Source: Amphiscolops sp. MND2022
Taxonomy: Eukaryota
Reading direction: 5' to 3'
DNA: 64,000 nucleotides
Assembly (NCBI GenBank): GCA_964187785.1
Contig: OZ076409.1
Span: 14,882,001-14,946,000 of the forward strand
Made by a program: the position numbers and the translations under genes. Shown piece after piece: positions 38,701 to 52,395 of the stretch (position 1 is its first letter; each line of letters opens with the position of its first letter). The notes below the pieces were generated by a model, which searched no databases, was not told the DNA's origin, and was given only the letters and a program-made list of their open reading frames with translations.

Positions 38701-39241
38701 ACATTTATTGTAGTTTGATAAGTAAAAGCACAGTTTGGTTTCGAGTACGTAGCAGATCGAGTACGTAGCAGATCGCCAGTCAATTGCAAGATGAGAAACT
38801 GAATTTCAAAGGTGACTGATGAAACGTATCACTCAAAACACTTCGAAACTTTGTCAAGATTTCAGTTGGAAAATAACAAGTTTCACCAGATATAGGACTT
38901 CTCAAAATTTGGCCAACTCCCCGCCCCCCACTGTCCTGTTGAAACACTCGTTCAATCACCTCGAAACTTGGCACACATATAGTGGTGTTACCTTAATTTT
39001 TCACTCGAAACACCCTACCCCTTATCTCCCCTGGGTGCCGGGCAACTAACACCCAAGTAGCCTAGGTCGGACCCCATGATAACCCATTTTGCTATCCAAG
39101 TTATTATGTGATTTTCTCATACGATCTTGAAGGAAATGTAACTCTGTTGAAATTAATAATATTTACTTTGTGTAAACATACTTTCTAGCCCACCTGACCA
39201 ACAAGCCAACACCACCACCTTGTTTGCTTACTTAGCTAGTA

Positions 39242-40222
39242 CAGTAGACTCTGCATAAATTCACCCTCTCGGGACGGCGAAAAAATGTGAATTTAGACGA
39301 AGCGTGAATTAAACCGGAGTTAACAAAGAGGTATACTCAAATACAGTTTAATTCAAGTAAATGTGAGTAACATTACTTAGCAAGTCTGAAAAAGTCAATA
39401 AGCGAGCTTTGTTTTCTTGGTTTGGGCTGACTTTCAATTGCATTTTCTATTGAATCAATTTTTGCTTGCAAATTGTCGGCATTTGGCAGTGTTGTAGAAT
39501 AGAGTCTAATTGCGTGGATCATTTTGAGTGCTTCCAAAGTTGTCGGAATGACCTCTTCAGACTCATCGTCGATAATAGTGGTTTCAGTCGTGTCATTTTG
39601 TTCTAGAATTTGTTCGCAAATTTCTTGATCCGTAAAAACATCAGACGTTTGGTAATTTTCATCAATATCCACAAAGGCCGTAAATTCTTAGGATGAAATT
39701 CCCGGTAAAACAACTTCCGGTTCATCATCCTCCGATACGATTGTTGATTCTGTATTTACCTCATAACCAGTTTTGTAGAAACAATTTGAAATTGTTGACG
39801 GTTTCACCAAAAACACAGAACGTTTTAACATATAAAGAATTGTTGTACGTTCAACGCCATTTTTCCTAGCTGCATCTGCTCGTTTCCTCCCATTCTTGAT
39901 ATCTTCTAGTAATTTGAACTTTTGAGTTGATGTAAGAGAAACGTATGATTTACGTGTAGGCACCATTTCATATGTAATAGTTAAATTTCGTGTCCGTACG
40001 TATGACTATATGCCGGCCAATCTATTTATCTGAAAAGTTATTTTAAACGGATGAATTAGCCAATCAAAATACACCAAATTGTTGATTTAAAGCAGAGTGT
40101 GAAATTATTCGATGTGAATTAAACCGCTGCTAAATACAGTATGAATAAAACGGGACTGGCGGCTTGGGTGAAATTAGGCGGAATGTGAATTAATCCGGTG
40201 TGAATTTATGCGACTTCTACTG
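39242..40222 (-). mobile_element. Non-autonomous pogo/Tigger DNA transposon (internal deletion derivative)
   Basis: TA target duplication at 39240-41 and 40223-24; TIRs CAGTAGAnnnnGCATAAATTCAC at both ends; psq-type HTH start MVPTRKSYVSLTSTQKFKLL joined to VKPSTISNCFYKTG..DIDE..KQSSLIDFF. Confidence 0.9.
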
Positions 40223-41479
40223 TACATTCATATTAAATGTATTTAAATGTATAAATGCTTTAAATGTATTTTATTTAGACATACAGTTTGATGCATTTTT
40301 ACTGTAGAATTGTAAATCAGATTTATACCATTAATAAATTATCATTATATCATTATCGCGACTGAATAGGTATAGTCAAGTTGAATCTCAGGACCACGAG
40401 ACTAATTAACTTTCCACATCTTTACAACTTTTCGCTAGAGTCAGAGCGAATAAGTTGCTACTCTCATAGTTAGAGAGCCAGAGCGCGTAATGATACAGAG
40501 CGGGAAGTTTGTGCTGGATCATCATCGGATCCATCCTAGTGCAAAGCGGGAAATTCCACGGGTCACATCGGACCCACCAGGCAAAAGATACAGTCCTTTA
40601 AAACAAGAAAACCAGGATTTGTTTAATAACGGTCCACAGTTCTAAGCAACGGATCAGGGCAGCGTAAGCATCGTCAAGCCTCGGCGCAGGATAAGGGGAA
40701 GCAGCCGTTACACAGATAACTAACACTAACAAAAGCAAAAATCAAGCATTTTTATTTTGCTGATTAATTATTCAGCGGAAGCTTATTTCCGTGGAGCACA
40801 GCCAAGTGAAACGTCCCACCATAATCCTTTGAAGGTGAATTTTTCAATGAGTAAATCTTCACTTCATCATCTTGAGCTGTCTTGAAGTGCTTTGTTGGCT
40901 CCAGCTAATTGAGTCCCTGAGTCAGAATGAATGATTACAAGAAATCTTCGAATTGAAGCTCTTGAAAGTTTGTCGACACTTTTCTAACGAGTAATTCATC
41001 ACTACATCCAATTGTACCGCTCGAGAAAAGAAGCAGGTGGAAACATCTGCGTAAATTTTTAAAGCGTAGTTTTTTTCAAACTGCTTCTCACCTTGTAGGG
41101 ACCAAAAAATCCATACAGAGGTTTGTCAACAGCGACGAAGATTTTAGTCGCTCCTCAGTTGCTGAACTCATTTTTTGACAACCTCTTTCTTCGTTTTAAA
41201 GTTTACACCTAGTGCAAAACTTCAAATGACTTTTTATTATTTTTTAGCAGGTTCAGTGACTAATGTTTCGTACGAATTTTGATTCCAGTTGTTAAAACCC
41301 CTAAGGAAGTTTGTTTCCAGTTGTTTGAAACTCCTAACGAAGTTTGATTCCAGTTGTCAAATCTCCTGGGTGATCAAATTGGTGCGCTTCTTTCATTGCC
41401 AGAGCTTCGCCAATTCATATGATTTCGGTTTTAATGGAACAATTTCCTCGATTCTTCGACAACCTTTCTCGTTTCTGAA

Positions 41480-41710
41480 AGCTCCTGAACGTTCAAACAG
41501 TTTGCTACGGAACTACCCGACCCAGAGTCCTGATTTATCGATTTTGAGAACGTGTGGAACTTGTTGGAAGATCGCATATACAATATACACCCAACAACAA
41601 AACACGAATTGATTGTCGTGACGAACGAAGAGTGGGATCGATATGATGCACAATTGATGAAGAGGTTTTTTGCGGTCATTAGGGCTGGTGGTAGAACCAG
41701 CACTTATAAA
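41480..41710 (+). mobile_element. Tc1/mariner transposase C-terminal remnant
   Basis: YPTQSPDLSI / ENVWNLLEDRI..EEWD..AVIRAGGRTSTY matches the Tc1 WPxxSPDLNPIENxW ... AVIxAxGxxTxY pattern, with a frameshift. Confidence 0.75.
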
Positions 41711-41899
41711 TGTGTTTCCATTTCATTTTATTCCCTTTACCCATTTGAAAGTTATAATGACTTTTTATGATGTCACTTGCGATTTCAATTTTCACTACGA
41801 AAACTTTTTTCCATGACTGTAAACTCCCACAAGGGCTAGGGAGCAATGTACTGATGTAGATCTTCATACAGTAAAAAAAGTCCCTTCTGCAAAGGAAGT

Positions 41900-42250
41900 T
41901 TGATTGTTAATTTGCTTTAGCTTGTCATAGCAGTCCATGGAATACGTGATCTTTGTCTATATGCTAGTCTTCGAGATGCTCGAAGCTTGTGACAGAGGAG
42001 GTATCTTTGATTCTGAAGTTTTGATTGACGTTGTGCCTTCTATTTTAAACAAAACAATAAAACCACCGCAGCGGCAACCACGGCTTGAACAATTGCTCAA
42101 CTGTACTAGCAAAAGATTGTGATCAACACTCATTGTGCTATAAGACGTCAATCCCTCGCCAAACTTCTGGCTAGAATACGAGACGATATACATGAACAGG
42201 TATCCGCCATGTCATTGGACAATTTGTAGGCCAGTATTGGAACTGTCAAC
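41900..42250 (-). mobile_element. Possible LINE reverse transcriptase remnant
   Basis: VDHNLLLVQLSNCSSRG resembles the LINE RT motif VDHxILLxKLxxYGIRG; otherwise heavily decayed. Confidence 0.4.
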
Positions 42251-43504
42251 AGGGATTCTACTACAAAAACGCCGAATAATTACATTCAAAACGGGAAGAC
42301 AACAATGCCGGCATAGCTCGACTTTTTTGCAAGAATCGTTTGCACGTTAATTTGCGAAAAGCGCAGGCTGTTGGGAGTCTTGTTTTGCAGCTTTCGTGCG
42401 ACTGTGACCATATTCACGCTAATAATAAAACCTGTCACATTTAGAAAAAATGCGATGGTATTAGTAATTTTCCCCTCATGAAGTATAGAAAGTCAAAATT
42501 AACAGTTTTTGAAACTTTAGATGCCTGTTTCCAACGGATGAGCTAGAATGAACAGACTTGTTTTCTAGATTACAAAGGACCCAAACTGATAGCAGGCTTG
42601 TTGCTTCTTATAATATAGAAGGTTGCACGTACGGCACGCATTTTTGTGAATGTCTGGTAATATTTGCTGTAAGGTTTACAAAAAATCTTTTAGGTTCAGG
42701 AATGTGGTTTTCCTGGAAACATAGACAAAAAACGAAAAAAACCGTTTTGATCTTTTCTAGACAAAAACAGTCTTTCCATCAAAGTTAACACCACCACGTC
42801 AACACCACGTTAACAGTTATAGCTAGCTAGGCCTGATCTCAATTTTACGTTTACACTACGTCGCAAATTTATAAAATTAAATCCATCTAATGTCAAGATT
42901 TACGACGGTAGTATACTAACAGGTAAACACTGATCAGAATGAGTTTAAATTCACGTCAGTTTCACTTTAGTTAAGGGCAGGAATGAAAAAGGGTTGTATT
43001 TTGCGTCTAGTCTGCGTTGACCAAAGATGATTCTAGCCGGAATAAAATTTTAAGGATCTTTTCATCAGTTTGTCTTGAAGTTAAAATAATATAAATATTC
43101 CATGATGAAAATCACAGTTTATACAGATGATTGATTGATGTGAGTTAATCGTGAAAAAAGTTGGTGTAAATATTTCTAATGGTGGTATTTTGTACTGAAT
43201 GTTCTTAAACTGCAAGCTACTCGAGAAAAGTGTTTATACCCCACGAGTGAGGATTCTTTTAAATGAGTGTTTGCCATTTTTGCTACTTACGCGGTCTAAT
43301 AATTCTAAACCCAAATTGACTTTGTCAGGTCGCCTTTCATTGATTGTTTAATCGGTAATTGCTTTGCAGTACCTGTTATCGCTAATATATAACACCAGTC
43401 CTTGTACTCCTTCCAGTACATGCAATTTCCCCATCTCATCCATTTACGTGTTGCTCAATAACTAGACCCGCTAAGCACCGGGATATTTTCCGATGAAAAT
43501 TGAA

Positions 43505-43575
43505 CGCATTTGCACGGGTTCGAACCCACGACCTCGTGTCTGCCAGGCAGACGCACTGCCAACTGAGCCAAATTA
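43505..43575 (-). mobile_element. tRNA-derived SINE head or tRNA-like pseudogene
   Basis: Minus strand has A box TGGCTCAGTTGG and B box GGTTCGAACCC at tRNA spacing; no convincing acceptor stem. Confidence 0.65.
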
Positions 43576-44394
43576 AATAAATTAGGCAATAACTGACGTG
43601 AATGGAGATCGTAGAGATTTGGCTGAATTGGTAAAAAAACGCAACACAGATAATGATTGTTGTGAGGGCGTAAAAAAATGGTTAAAGAATTATGGTGTAA
43701 AATTGGTAAAATGTTTGTAGAATAGTTGGCGATGTCTCAAATAAATATATTAACTGTGAAATTTGATTAGGCTAATCAATTAACATACCAGCGTATCTGT
43801 ACTTTTTGTTCTCTCTGTCTCTCTCCTAACATAAATCGAGCGTAAATTTATTGGAAATTAGTCACTATTTTCCTAGTTTCAATGTCAAAGTTGGATGTCA
43901 GTTGTTCGGATCATATGATGGAAAGAGGACATTCGCTGAAAACGGGATTTGTGAGTTGTGAACAAATGTAAGGACTACATATATTTAAGGCGTGAGCATT
44001 GCCGATATACAATGAAATTTGCGAAAAAAAATTCTCAAAACATTGAACTTCTTGGTTTATGAAACCTTTTTTCGTGATACGAGCAGCTCAATGTTCCGCT
44101 GTTCAGCTCGCTGAATATTTATATTCCAAAACATTCAAAAAGTTTTCGAAAGTGAAAAAGTGGTCGATAACGATAACATTCAGCATTTTATCTCTATTAA
44201 GGTTTTGGAACATCAGAACTTTTTCAATTTTAGGCTTTTTCCTTTCACCACAAATTTTCCTTTCAAAGAACAAATGAACGCGTAGAGTACAGTCGGTTGT
44301 TTTTGAACGTTCGCTTTTGAAACAAGTATTACGTAATGGCATGTTTAAACATTGAAACTGCATTGTCTGACTAGAACAACGAACTACTCTATAA

Positions 44395-45290
44395 GAACAG
44401 TATTCTTCCAAAGATTCATTAATTTTTGAGAATTTACCATGGGACGGTAACCAGTCTTTACCTGATTTTATTACCAGCTTCCTCGATGAGTACCTAAATT
44501 TTCAAACAAAGCCGGGCAATTTCAAAGCATGCCATGTTCTTGGGCGCGGACAAATGAACTACCCTCCTGCAGTCATTGTCAACTTTATCTATTTTCATGA
44601 AAAGAATGAAATTTATGGCAGAAAAAAAATGTTGATTGGTGTGAAAAACTGGATGAATGGAAAACAAATTTTTATAAGGGAGAGTCTTCCACCAAAGGAC
44701 AAAAAATTACAAGTAAATGCAAATGAGCAAAATCTGGTGACCCGAACGCAAAACTGCCAGGTTCCGTTTTTGGTCGAAAAAGATGGAATTCGCAAGAACA
44801 TTGATGTAAATAGCAGAAAGACAATTGATGACAGTCTACCAATTGCGGTGAAAAAGAAACTGAAGGTATTCCCAGTAGCAAGGAACCATGGTGATGAAAG
44901 AACCTCACAGACCAATGATTCAAACTGGGTTAAAAAGTTGGCTACGTGTAACACGACAGAAGAAAAACTAATGGTCGTTGACAAAATAATTGAAACTTGT
45001 AGTCTAGATGCCAAACGACCCGACCTACGATCATCTCCGTCATTCTTGACGTAAAGAGGATGCCAGTCAATTTGAGTTTAAAACATTTGTAAAGTGAACG
45101 TTCAATTTAAACAACCGTTTTACACTGGCATTCACTTATACGATGAACAACAATCAAAAACTCAGTTGTGTGGTAGGGAAGTTCACAATTTTTAATAATA
45201 ACATAAGATCAGTATCAGCAAATTTTGGTCATCTAGAAATTCTGGTATCTGAATTGAAGCCGTCAGTTATTGCCCTAACCGATAGAACTG
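44395..45290 (+). mobile_element. CR1/L2-type LINE remnant: ORF1 C-terminal part and start of ORF2 endonuclease
   Basis: KACHVLG..PPAVIVNFIYFHEKNEIY..IFIRESLP (ORF1-like); NIRSVSANFGHLEILVSELKPSVIALT (APE N-terminus). Confidence 0.65.
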
Positions 45291-46178
45291 ATCAATTCAT
45301 TGCAAGTGTATAAAATTTGAGTACCAGATGTGAAATCTCTACCACACACACAAAAAAACCCAATTATTTTTGTTCCAATAATAAGGATCCCTCTTGAAAA
45401 GCCTAGTGCTTTTAGGGGTCCTTTTCAGGGGCTTCCATGTTAGTTCTTTTTGTTTAATTTGATTTATTGCCTGTTATTTATGCCCTCTGATAAAATAAGT
45501 TATTATTATACCACCTTTTTGAAACCCTTTCGATGATCTCGTTAACGTATTTCCGTTTCAGTCAATAACCGTAATATTTCAGGTCAAGTCTTCAAAAGGT
45601 TCACTATCGTTGGACTACAATATGAAAAATAAATTCTCTGCACTTTTTTGAGAATTTGTTGGAAATCTTACTACCATACTCTAACTATTACATGGCAGTA
45701 ATTTTTTTCATTCGTATTGACTTAAAATACAACCTGGAACAGAGCAAATGAACTTTTTTGATTGTTGAATAATAGCAAAAAATCTAGTAACTTGCTTTGC
45801 GTGACCTTGTGCTGGTATATGAGAAATTCATCTTCAAAAAAGATTATGGGTTTGGGCTGCACTTAGTGTTTAAAACCTATAAGATGACTCATTAGCCTCA
45901 TACTGTTTTGAAGTTTTGACATTTTGGTACCAACGCAACTGTATTTCCGCGAATCTCTGGGATGCGTATCCCAGACGTACACTACAGAACAAAAACATCT
46001 GTACTAAAATGGGCACATAGCTCAATTTAAAAGCGCGAAATGGTAAGAAATATTTTATACTTTTATCAAAACCTATCTAACTGCCGCATATTTTCATTCA
46101 AAATGTTTCTGAGCAGTCTTGATAGTTTCAAAACTGAGCACTAGTTGCCATAATGTTTATATCGGTCCTCATTGTTTC

Positions 46179-46738
46179 TCAAAACTGATACCCTCGCGAA
46201 AACCTGATAATCTGCATTTGCATTCTCAGTTCCAGAAACCTTTCGCGACTTCCTCCTTCCCTGTCAGGATGGCATTCCAGAGCTTTTTTATGATAAGCTT
46301 TATTGATGGTAGCATTATCTGCCGTTCGTTCAACTCCTAAAAACTTGTAAGCCTTTTCCTCCGCCACTGTTTTCGGTAGATCGAAAATAGATTCGGTAAT
46401 TAGTTCCATGACGGTTTTGGCTGCGAAACCCACACCAAGAGCGCCAGCTACACCACCAACAACGGTGCTTACTGCGCAAGTTATTGGCCCCCCGAAGGTG
46501 CCTATCCAAGCTCCAGTCGATGCTCCAGCATACGCCCCACCAGTTGCACCTGAAAAACATTTTTTGAGAAAACCTTCAAGAATCTTTCAAAAAGCTTGTC
46601 CACTACATTTTGTGATTTTGAAACCTTGCCATTGTGTTAGTTTTGTTTTAAAAGCATTGCAATTATATTCCCCAAGAAGACTCTTACCATTGTTACGATC
46701 CGCATACTGTTTCTGTGTTAGCCTTGTGTTGCCAACGA
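46179..46738 (-). CDS. 3' exons (46738-46688, 46549-46179) of a glycine-zipper + C-terminal DnaJ-domain protein; upstream exons not resolved
   Basis: AYKFLGV..INKAYHKKALECHPDREGG (J domain, HPD motif) preceded by GATGGAYAGASTGAWIGTFGGP..VVGGVAGALG; phase-compatible AG/GT sites. Confidence 0.72.
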
Positions 46739-46849
46739 CTGTAGATACAATATGACGTGTAGCGATTGGTAGAAAAAGGGAAACAATAAAGGTAGATCAC
46801 TTGTGACTGATAGGAGATTAGAAGTAAAGCAATTTGAAAAAAAAACATA

Positions 46850-46916
46850 TTTAGTCCTGAGAGGGACTCGAACCCAGTCTTTTGCTTCCCAAGCACCAGC
46901 CGTACTGACTAGCCAT
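46850..46916 (-). mobile_element. Second tRNA-like SINE head
   Basis: TGGCTAGTCAG and GGTTCGAGTCC boxes on the minus strand. Confidence 0.45.
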
Positions 46917-47829
46917 AAGACAAACAGCCATTCACCGGGCTACCTATGACTTAATCATGTTCCAAATCAGTGATGTCCATGTTTCTTATTTTCCTTCCAT
47001 ATTTTAAACGGGAAAGGAAAATATTCAAACCAAACGCGTTTTTTAAACAAAGTTGCCATGTTCCAAATTTATTTCCAAGTTAAAGTGTTTCACCAAGAGA
47101 AAATAAGTGGAACAAATTTAGTACCCTGCGATATGTACTTGTAGAGATTTTTTGACTTTTTTGGTTGACCCCGAAAACACCAGAATGACCCAAAAATGAC
47201 AAAAAATGCAAAACTTTTCCAATTTTCAAGATTTTTTGCAATTTTTGTCAAATTTTGCAAACTTTTGCGGATAGGACCATTGAAAACGTTCAACAACGAA
47301 CGAATTCATTGTCCAGTAGGCTTTTTGAGGGAGATAAATGTAGTTTTGTTGAAGAAAAAAAACAAAGTAACCCCAAAAGAGTAAAAAATTAAGGTTTTTC
47401 AAATAAGTTTTGAATTTTTGACACAATTTCGTTGCAATTTTCAAAGATTCCACGAAATAGGACTTTAAAACTGTTCAACAACCATCGAATTGATAAAAGC
47501 CATTTTTTCATAGAAATATGCCCTAATTTGACATCAAAGTAACCTAAAAACCTGATATATTCCAGTTGATATAGCTTTTCAGGCAAATTGAGTACAAAGT
47601 TTGGTGTTTTTAGTCGGCGCATTTTAGTAGAAAATGTGCCCGACTATTACAGTGGGTAGTTTTTTTTTTTAGACACGAAAGTGCCACTTTTCTTTCTGTC
47701 TTTTCTTTTTGTTCTTTGTTCAGTTCATTTCTTCAACAACTTGGCGAACCTAAGAAGCGCGTCCAAAACGAAAAAGAAAACAAAACAAACAAAACCTCGA
47801 CAACACACTAACGATCTCCCCTAAGCCTC

Positions 47830-48258
47830 CCCGCCCTCACTTTTTTTCGGCACTATGCGACTTTTTTTGAAACTTTTTGGATTGCACCAAAGGGTCCCCC
47901 CTTTATTTGTTTCGATATTTTAAAACACAATGGATGTCAGAAAATTCCAAAGGGTCCCCCCTTTTACATTTTTCGGCACTGTGACACTGTTCAAAAATCA
48001 CATTTTAAAATTTTTTGGGCAATTTTTTTCAGTCCTTAAAGGGTCCCCCCTTCAATTTTTTTCATATTTTGCAACCAGCTGGAGTTTCACAAAGCCCAAA
48101 GGGTCCCCCTTTTACATTTTCCGACACTGTGACACTGTTCAATTCATTTTTTTTCATATTTTGCCACCAGCTGGAGTTTCACAAAACCCAAAGAGTCCCC
48201 CCTTTTACAATTTTGAGCCTTAGATATAGCGCCGACTTTGGCCGTTCTCGGCTTGTTT
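47830..48258. repeat. Interspersed element with internal tandem AAGGGTCCCCCCTTT units (Helentron/HINE-like)
   Basis: About five AAGGGTCCCCC units, two GCACTGTGACACTGTTC-like units; ends in a GC-rich hairpin-like GCCGA..TCGGC followed by TTGTT. Confidence 0.5.
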
Positions 48259-51200
48259 GTTGGTGATTAGGTTCAAAACATTCAAAAACGAACAAACTTG
48301 TTATGTATTTTCCATATTTGATGAAAGAATAGCACTGTTTTACGACCCCTGTCAATCGGGAAACAGAAAAATTGAAATATGTAAACGTTTTTGAACAAAT
48401 GAAATGTTATTGGAAATGTTCAACAAAGACTGTAGTTGATATCCGGTTGGCTGCTGTGGAGTTATTGGCAGATTTGTGTTTGAATAATTGACTGTTTCAG
48501 TGATTGCTTGAGAATTCCATCTCAGAATGAACCAAAGAAGTCGAAATCCGAAACTTTTCCGACATTCGAAGTTTATTAATGGTTTCACAACTTTCCGTTT
48601 GTTAAAGCAATGAAAACGTTGAACAGAACCCACGACGTTATACAATGTGCATTTTGAAGGTCAATTGCGTATTCATGTTGGAAAAGAGCCTCAAAAGTGA
48701 CTTCAAAATAACCCAAAAGGCTTAAATTTACATTTTCGACATTCTAACGCACTTCTTTTTCGAAACTTGAAAAATTTTTGAAAGAACTCTGAAACGTTTC
48801 ATCCAAAATTTGAATGCAATGTCCAGTAGGGTTTTTGAATGAAATCCACGTTTTAATTCGAAATATACCTCGTTTTGACCGCAAAAAATCCATAAAACCA
48901 ATCAGTATGTCGCCTTTCATGCAAGTTGTGTACAACTTTTGTAGGTTTTCATGGCTATAAAGGTTCAAAACATTCAAGAACGAAGAACGAAATAGCTATG
49001 CGATATTCATTTTTGAAAAGGCAGTTCCAGTGTTTTCCTTAAAAAACACTTAAAAAAGACAGCAACGAATGGCAAAAGAAGAAAAACCTGAAAGTTTTTC
49101 ATAAAGTTTCTGAATTTTTTGAGAAATTTCCATAGAAGAATGAAAACTTTCAACACCGAACAAATGAGTTCTCCAGTAGGCCCTTTGCAGGCCAATTGCA
49201 GTTTCACATTAGGAAAGAGCCTCAAATTGATATCAAAAATTGAAGAAAAATCTACATTTTGTAGTTTTTCGTCAAGTTAGTGAATTTTAAAAAGAATTAC
49301 CAAACTGTCGTAATTGAAAAGTTTCAGAAGTTTATAAACGTTTCAATTAGGCATGCAGTACGTTTAGAAAAAACTTTTGCAGTTTTGTAAGTGAAAATTT
49401 CGCCAAAGTGACTTGAAATAATCGAAAAATCCAAAATTGTCTTGTTTTCAAACTTTTAAAAAAATTTTCATTCACCTTTCGAAAAATTTTTAAGTTAGAA
49501 AGGTGAAGGAAATTAAGAACGACTGAACCCGGTATCCCGTGATCGTGTTTGTGACGACTTCTGCATTTTCTAGAAAAAGTGCCCCATAATGACCGCAAAG
49601 TTGTCCGTATATCAAAATTCCCCAATTTTCAACGTTTTCACTGACTGCAAAAGGTTTTAGTTTTGTGAAATTTTATAAAAGTTTTCAAGGTTAGGTTTTG
49701 GTATCCCCACAGTCCGACAACAAGACAAATTGGTTTTGTGTGTGTTCTTCAGGTTTCTCCTTGAAATGGGATTGAATTAGGTTTTTTCATCTAACTTCTA
49801 TGCGTTTTCATAGTGCATTGGCTATTCTTGAGCCTCAAAGTTATGTCGTTGCTAGAACAGTTTGGACAAAAATATCCTGCTGGTCAGCGGGCGTCTTGTT
49901 CACAGGTTGAATAGAATGTGTATAAGTATTGATTAAGGAAGTCTTAATTTAATTTGTTAGCTTTCCTCAAATTATCGGCAACTTAAATTATGCGTCACTT
50001 GGAGTGTCAAAGTAAATTCTTTTGGGCATTGATTTATAATTGCATGATAGTTTAAAATATCGGGATGGGTTTTTTCGCAAACTAAATTTTGAAAAATCAT
50101 TTTTATCATCCATATAAATGGACATCACTGGTTATAAATGATGTTCTTGTTTAACAAATCGGAAAGACATAAGTCCACGCCCTGCTCAAGACTCGAAAGC
50201 GCAAACTGTAAAAGACCTTTTTATGAAGAAAATCACAAATCCTCACAATGCCAAAATATTTTCGGAAAGAGGACCTTTTGGACTAGAAACACTTTCCGAA
50301 CATGCAAAAGCGAGATCCTTCTTGTGAAAAGAACTTCAGTGTATTCAAAAAAACGTCAGTGTCGAGAAAACCAAAGTTGTTTGGAATTCAAATTGAAACG
50401 TCAAGAAAAACAATAACCGGGACTTTTTGGCCATTTTACCTTGTTTAAATAACAACTCATTTTAGAACTTTCCGTAAAAGTTTCAGTAGTTTCTACCGAC
50501 AAAAAGAGAAAGACTTTGAAAACACGGATCGCAATCTAGTCCTGATGTCATTATTTTGAAAAACTAAGGAAACCTCCAATTGCTCTGGAGTGATGACATG
50601 GGGTTAGGAAGTTTTTTCAGTAAAGACTTATTAAAGAACTTTTCTTGAACCGAGAGAAGCAGAAACTGAAATTTCGTGAAACATTTTTGACTTAAGCAGC
50701 TCCGTTGTCAAGAAAAACAGTGGACCGAAACCATCTAGAACATTGCCAGGTCGACTAGACTGTTGAAGGATATCGTGATTGCGGAAACGGCATTGCCTCT
50801 GAGGTTTGAAAAATGAACCCCTGAGGTATAAAAAAGAGTTTTCTCTTGAGTATCTTTTTTTCTTGGAGTATCATGTTTTTTGAGTCCTGCTCAAAAAGCG
50901 TTGATTCGTTTGCTTAGAAACTTATCAATCTACTGGATTATAGTTTCTTGACACAAGGATATCTCAATTTTTGGAAGAGGCGCAACAGGACTGGTTTTTC
51001 GTTTTTCGCTGCATAAACTCGGAAAGTATTTCACAGAATGTGTGTGCTTCTAAATGGGCCCTTGCCAAATTACAAAAGTAGCTGACACGTGGTGGGGAAA
51101 TTCAAAATAAATTGAATTTGAATGAAGTTGTCACTGGCTGCTTAAAAAAGAAACTACGGGATCGCTGCAACTACAGTAGCGTTCTAAAATATCGCAACTC

Positions 51201-51819
51201 CAATGCTTAAAATTTAAATTTCAAATCCAAATTTCTTGAAAAGTGTCACAAATACAAAAACGTGTCAGCTAGGAAACTTTCTTAGAATTTTATCTAGTTT
51301 ACAAAAAAGTTTGTTTGAAATTTCTGCGACAAAAATTACAAAAGTTAGAAATTGGAAATTTTGACAAAATTCAATCAAATTTGTACTTTTTCTGCATTTT
51401 CACAAAGTTGAAAATATATTTTTGAAAAATTTTCAGTCAATCATTTGCCCCCAAATCTCCTGAGGATGCTGATATAATTTGATCGGAAAACTTTTTCGAT
51501 TTCAAATAAAAATCATCAATTTTCTAAATACAATTCTTATAGCCAATCTTATGTACAATCTTAATACATGTACTTCAGTGCTCATAGACACAAAATATAG
51601 TGTATTTTTTCTGATTCGAAAAAAGTTCTCGATCAAAACAATTCAGTAGGCTCGGGAGAATATAGGAAGTTTCCCAATGAAAAAAAAAATCCAAAAAAAA
51701 ATATTCTAAGTTACTCAATTTTCGAAAAAACTCAAATTTCAATTGAACTTTACTAAAATTTGCAATTTCTAACTTTTTTGGTAACGGTCGTAGAAATTTC
51801 AAACAAACATTTTTGCAAA

Positions 51820-52395
51820 CTAGATGTCGTGAGCAGTGCGATATGCGTGGTCACATTGTTCATTGATCAAAGTCGTTCTGGTCCTGGTATTTTGCTGAAC
51901 TTCGGAATGATTTTCCGGTCTCTCAACTGGGACCTCCCATCCCCTTCTAGTCTCACGGCCCGATCCGGCCATTAAGGCATTTTGAATCTGAGGCAATACC
52001 TGACTCTTTATAGCCTCATTAATGGCCCTTTGGATCTGTGAGCTGACATTATTGAACATGTCATCCATCTCTCTCGAGATCCTAGAGTTTAATTCACTTG
52101 ACAACCTGTTTATCTCGGCTTGAGAATCTAGGCTTGCTGAGTTATGGCCATAACCGGCACTTGTCCCAATTCCAAGGTTCTCATTTTCTGAATGAAGATT
52201 TGTTTCCTCATCCTCCAAATTATTACTTGCAACGCTATTTTGTCTCCTAATGGAGGTCCCGTTAAGGCTGTTATCCCTCCCTGATCCGTTGAAATGGTTC
52301 TCGCCTAGCATAATATCTAGATTTTCGAAGTCCGAGAAAATCTCTAATCCTCTAGATTTTCTTGCCTTCTTTTGCTTTCTAGTGGTAGGCATCAA
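51820..52395 (-). other. gag 5' fragment (191 aa) carried in the 3' LTR of D
   Basis: ORF stops 5 nt past the ...CTCACGACA terminus at 51825; basic N-terminus plus coiled-coil as in gag starts of A and C; same arrangement as 34770-35359. Confidence 0.72.

Noticed and set aside
43505..43575. Functional tRNA gene
   Set aside because: A and B boxes are present but no proper acceptor stem; better explained as SINE-derived.
47050..51800. Many 60-100-aa ORFs and a possible ~175-bp degenerate satellite
   Set aside because: The ORFs are F/K/L-rich products of AT-rich DNA; the recurring TCCAGTAGG-type words are too degenerate to delimit by eye.
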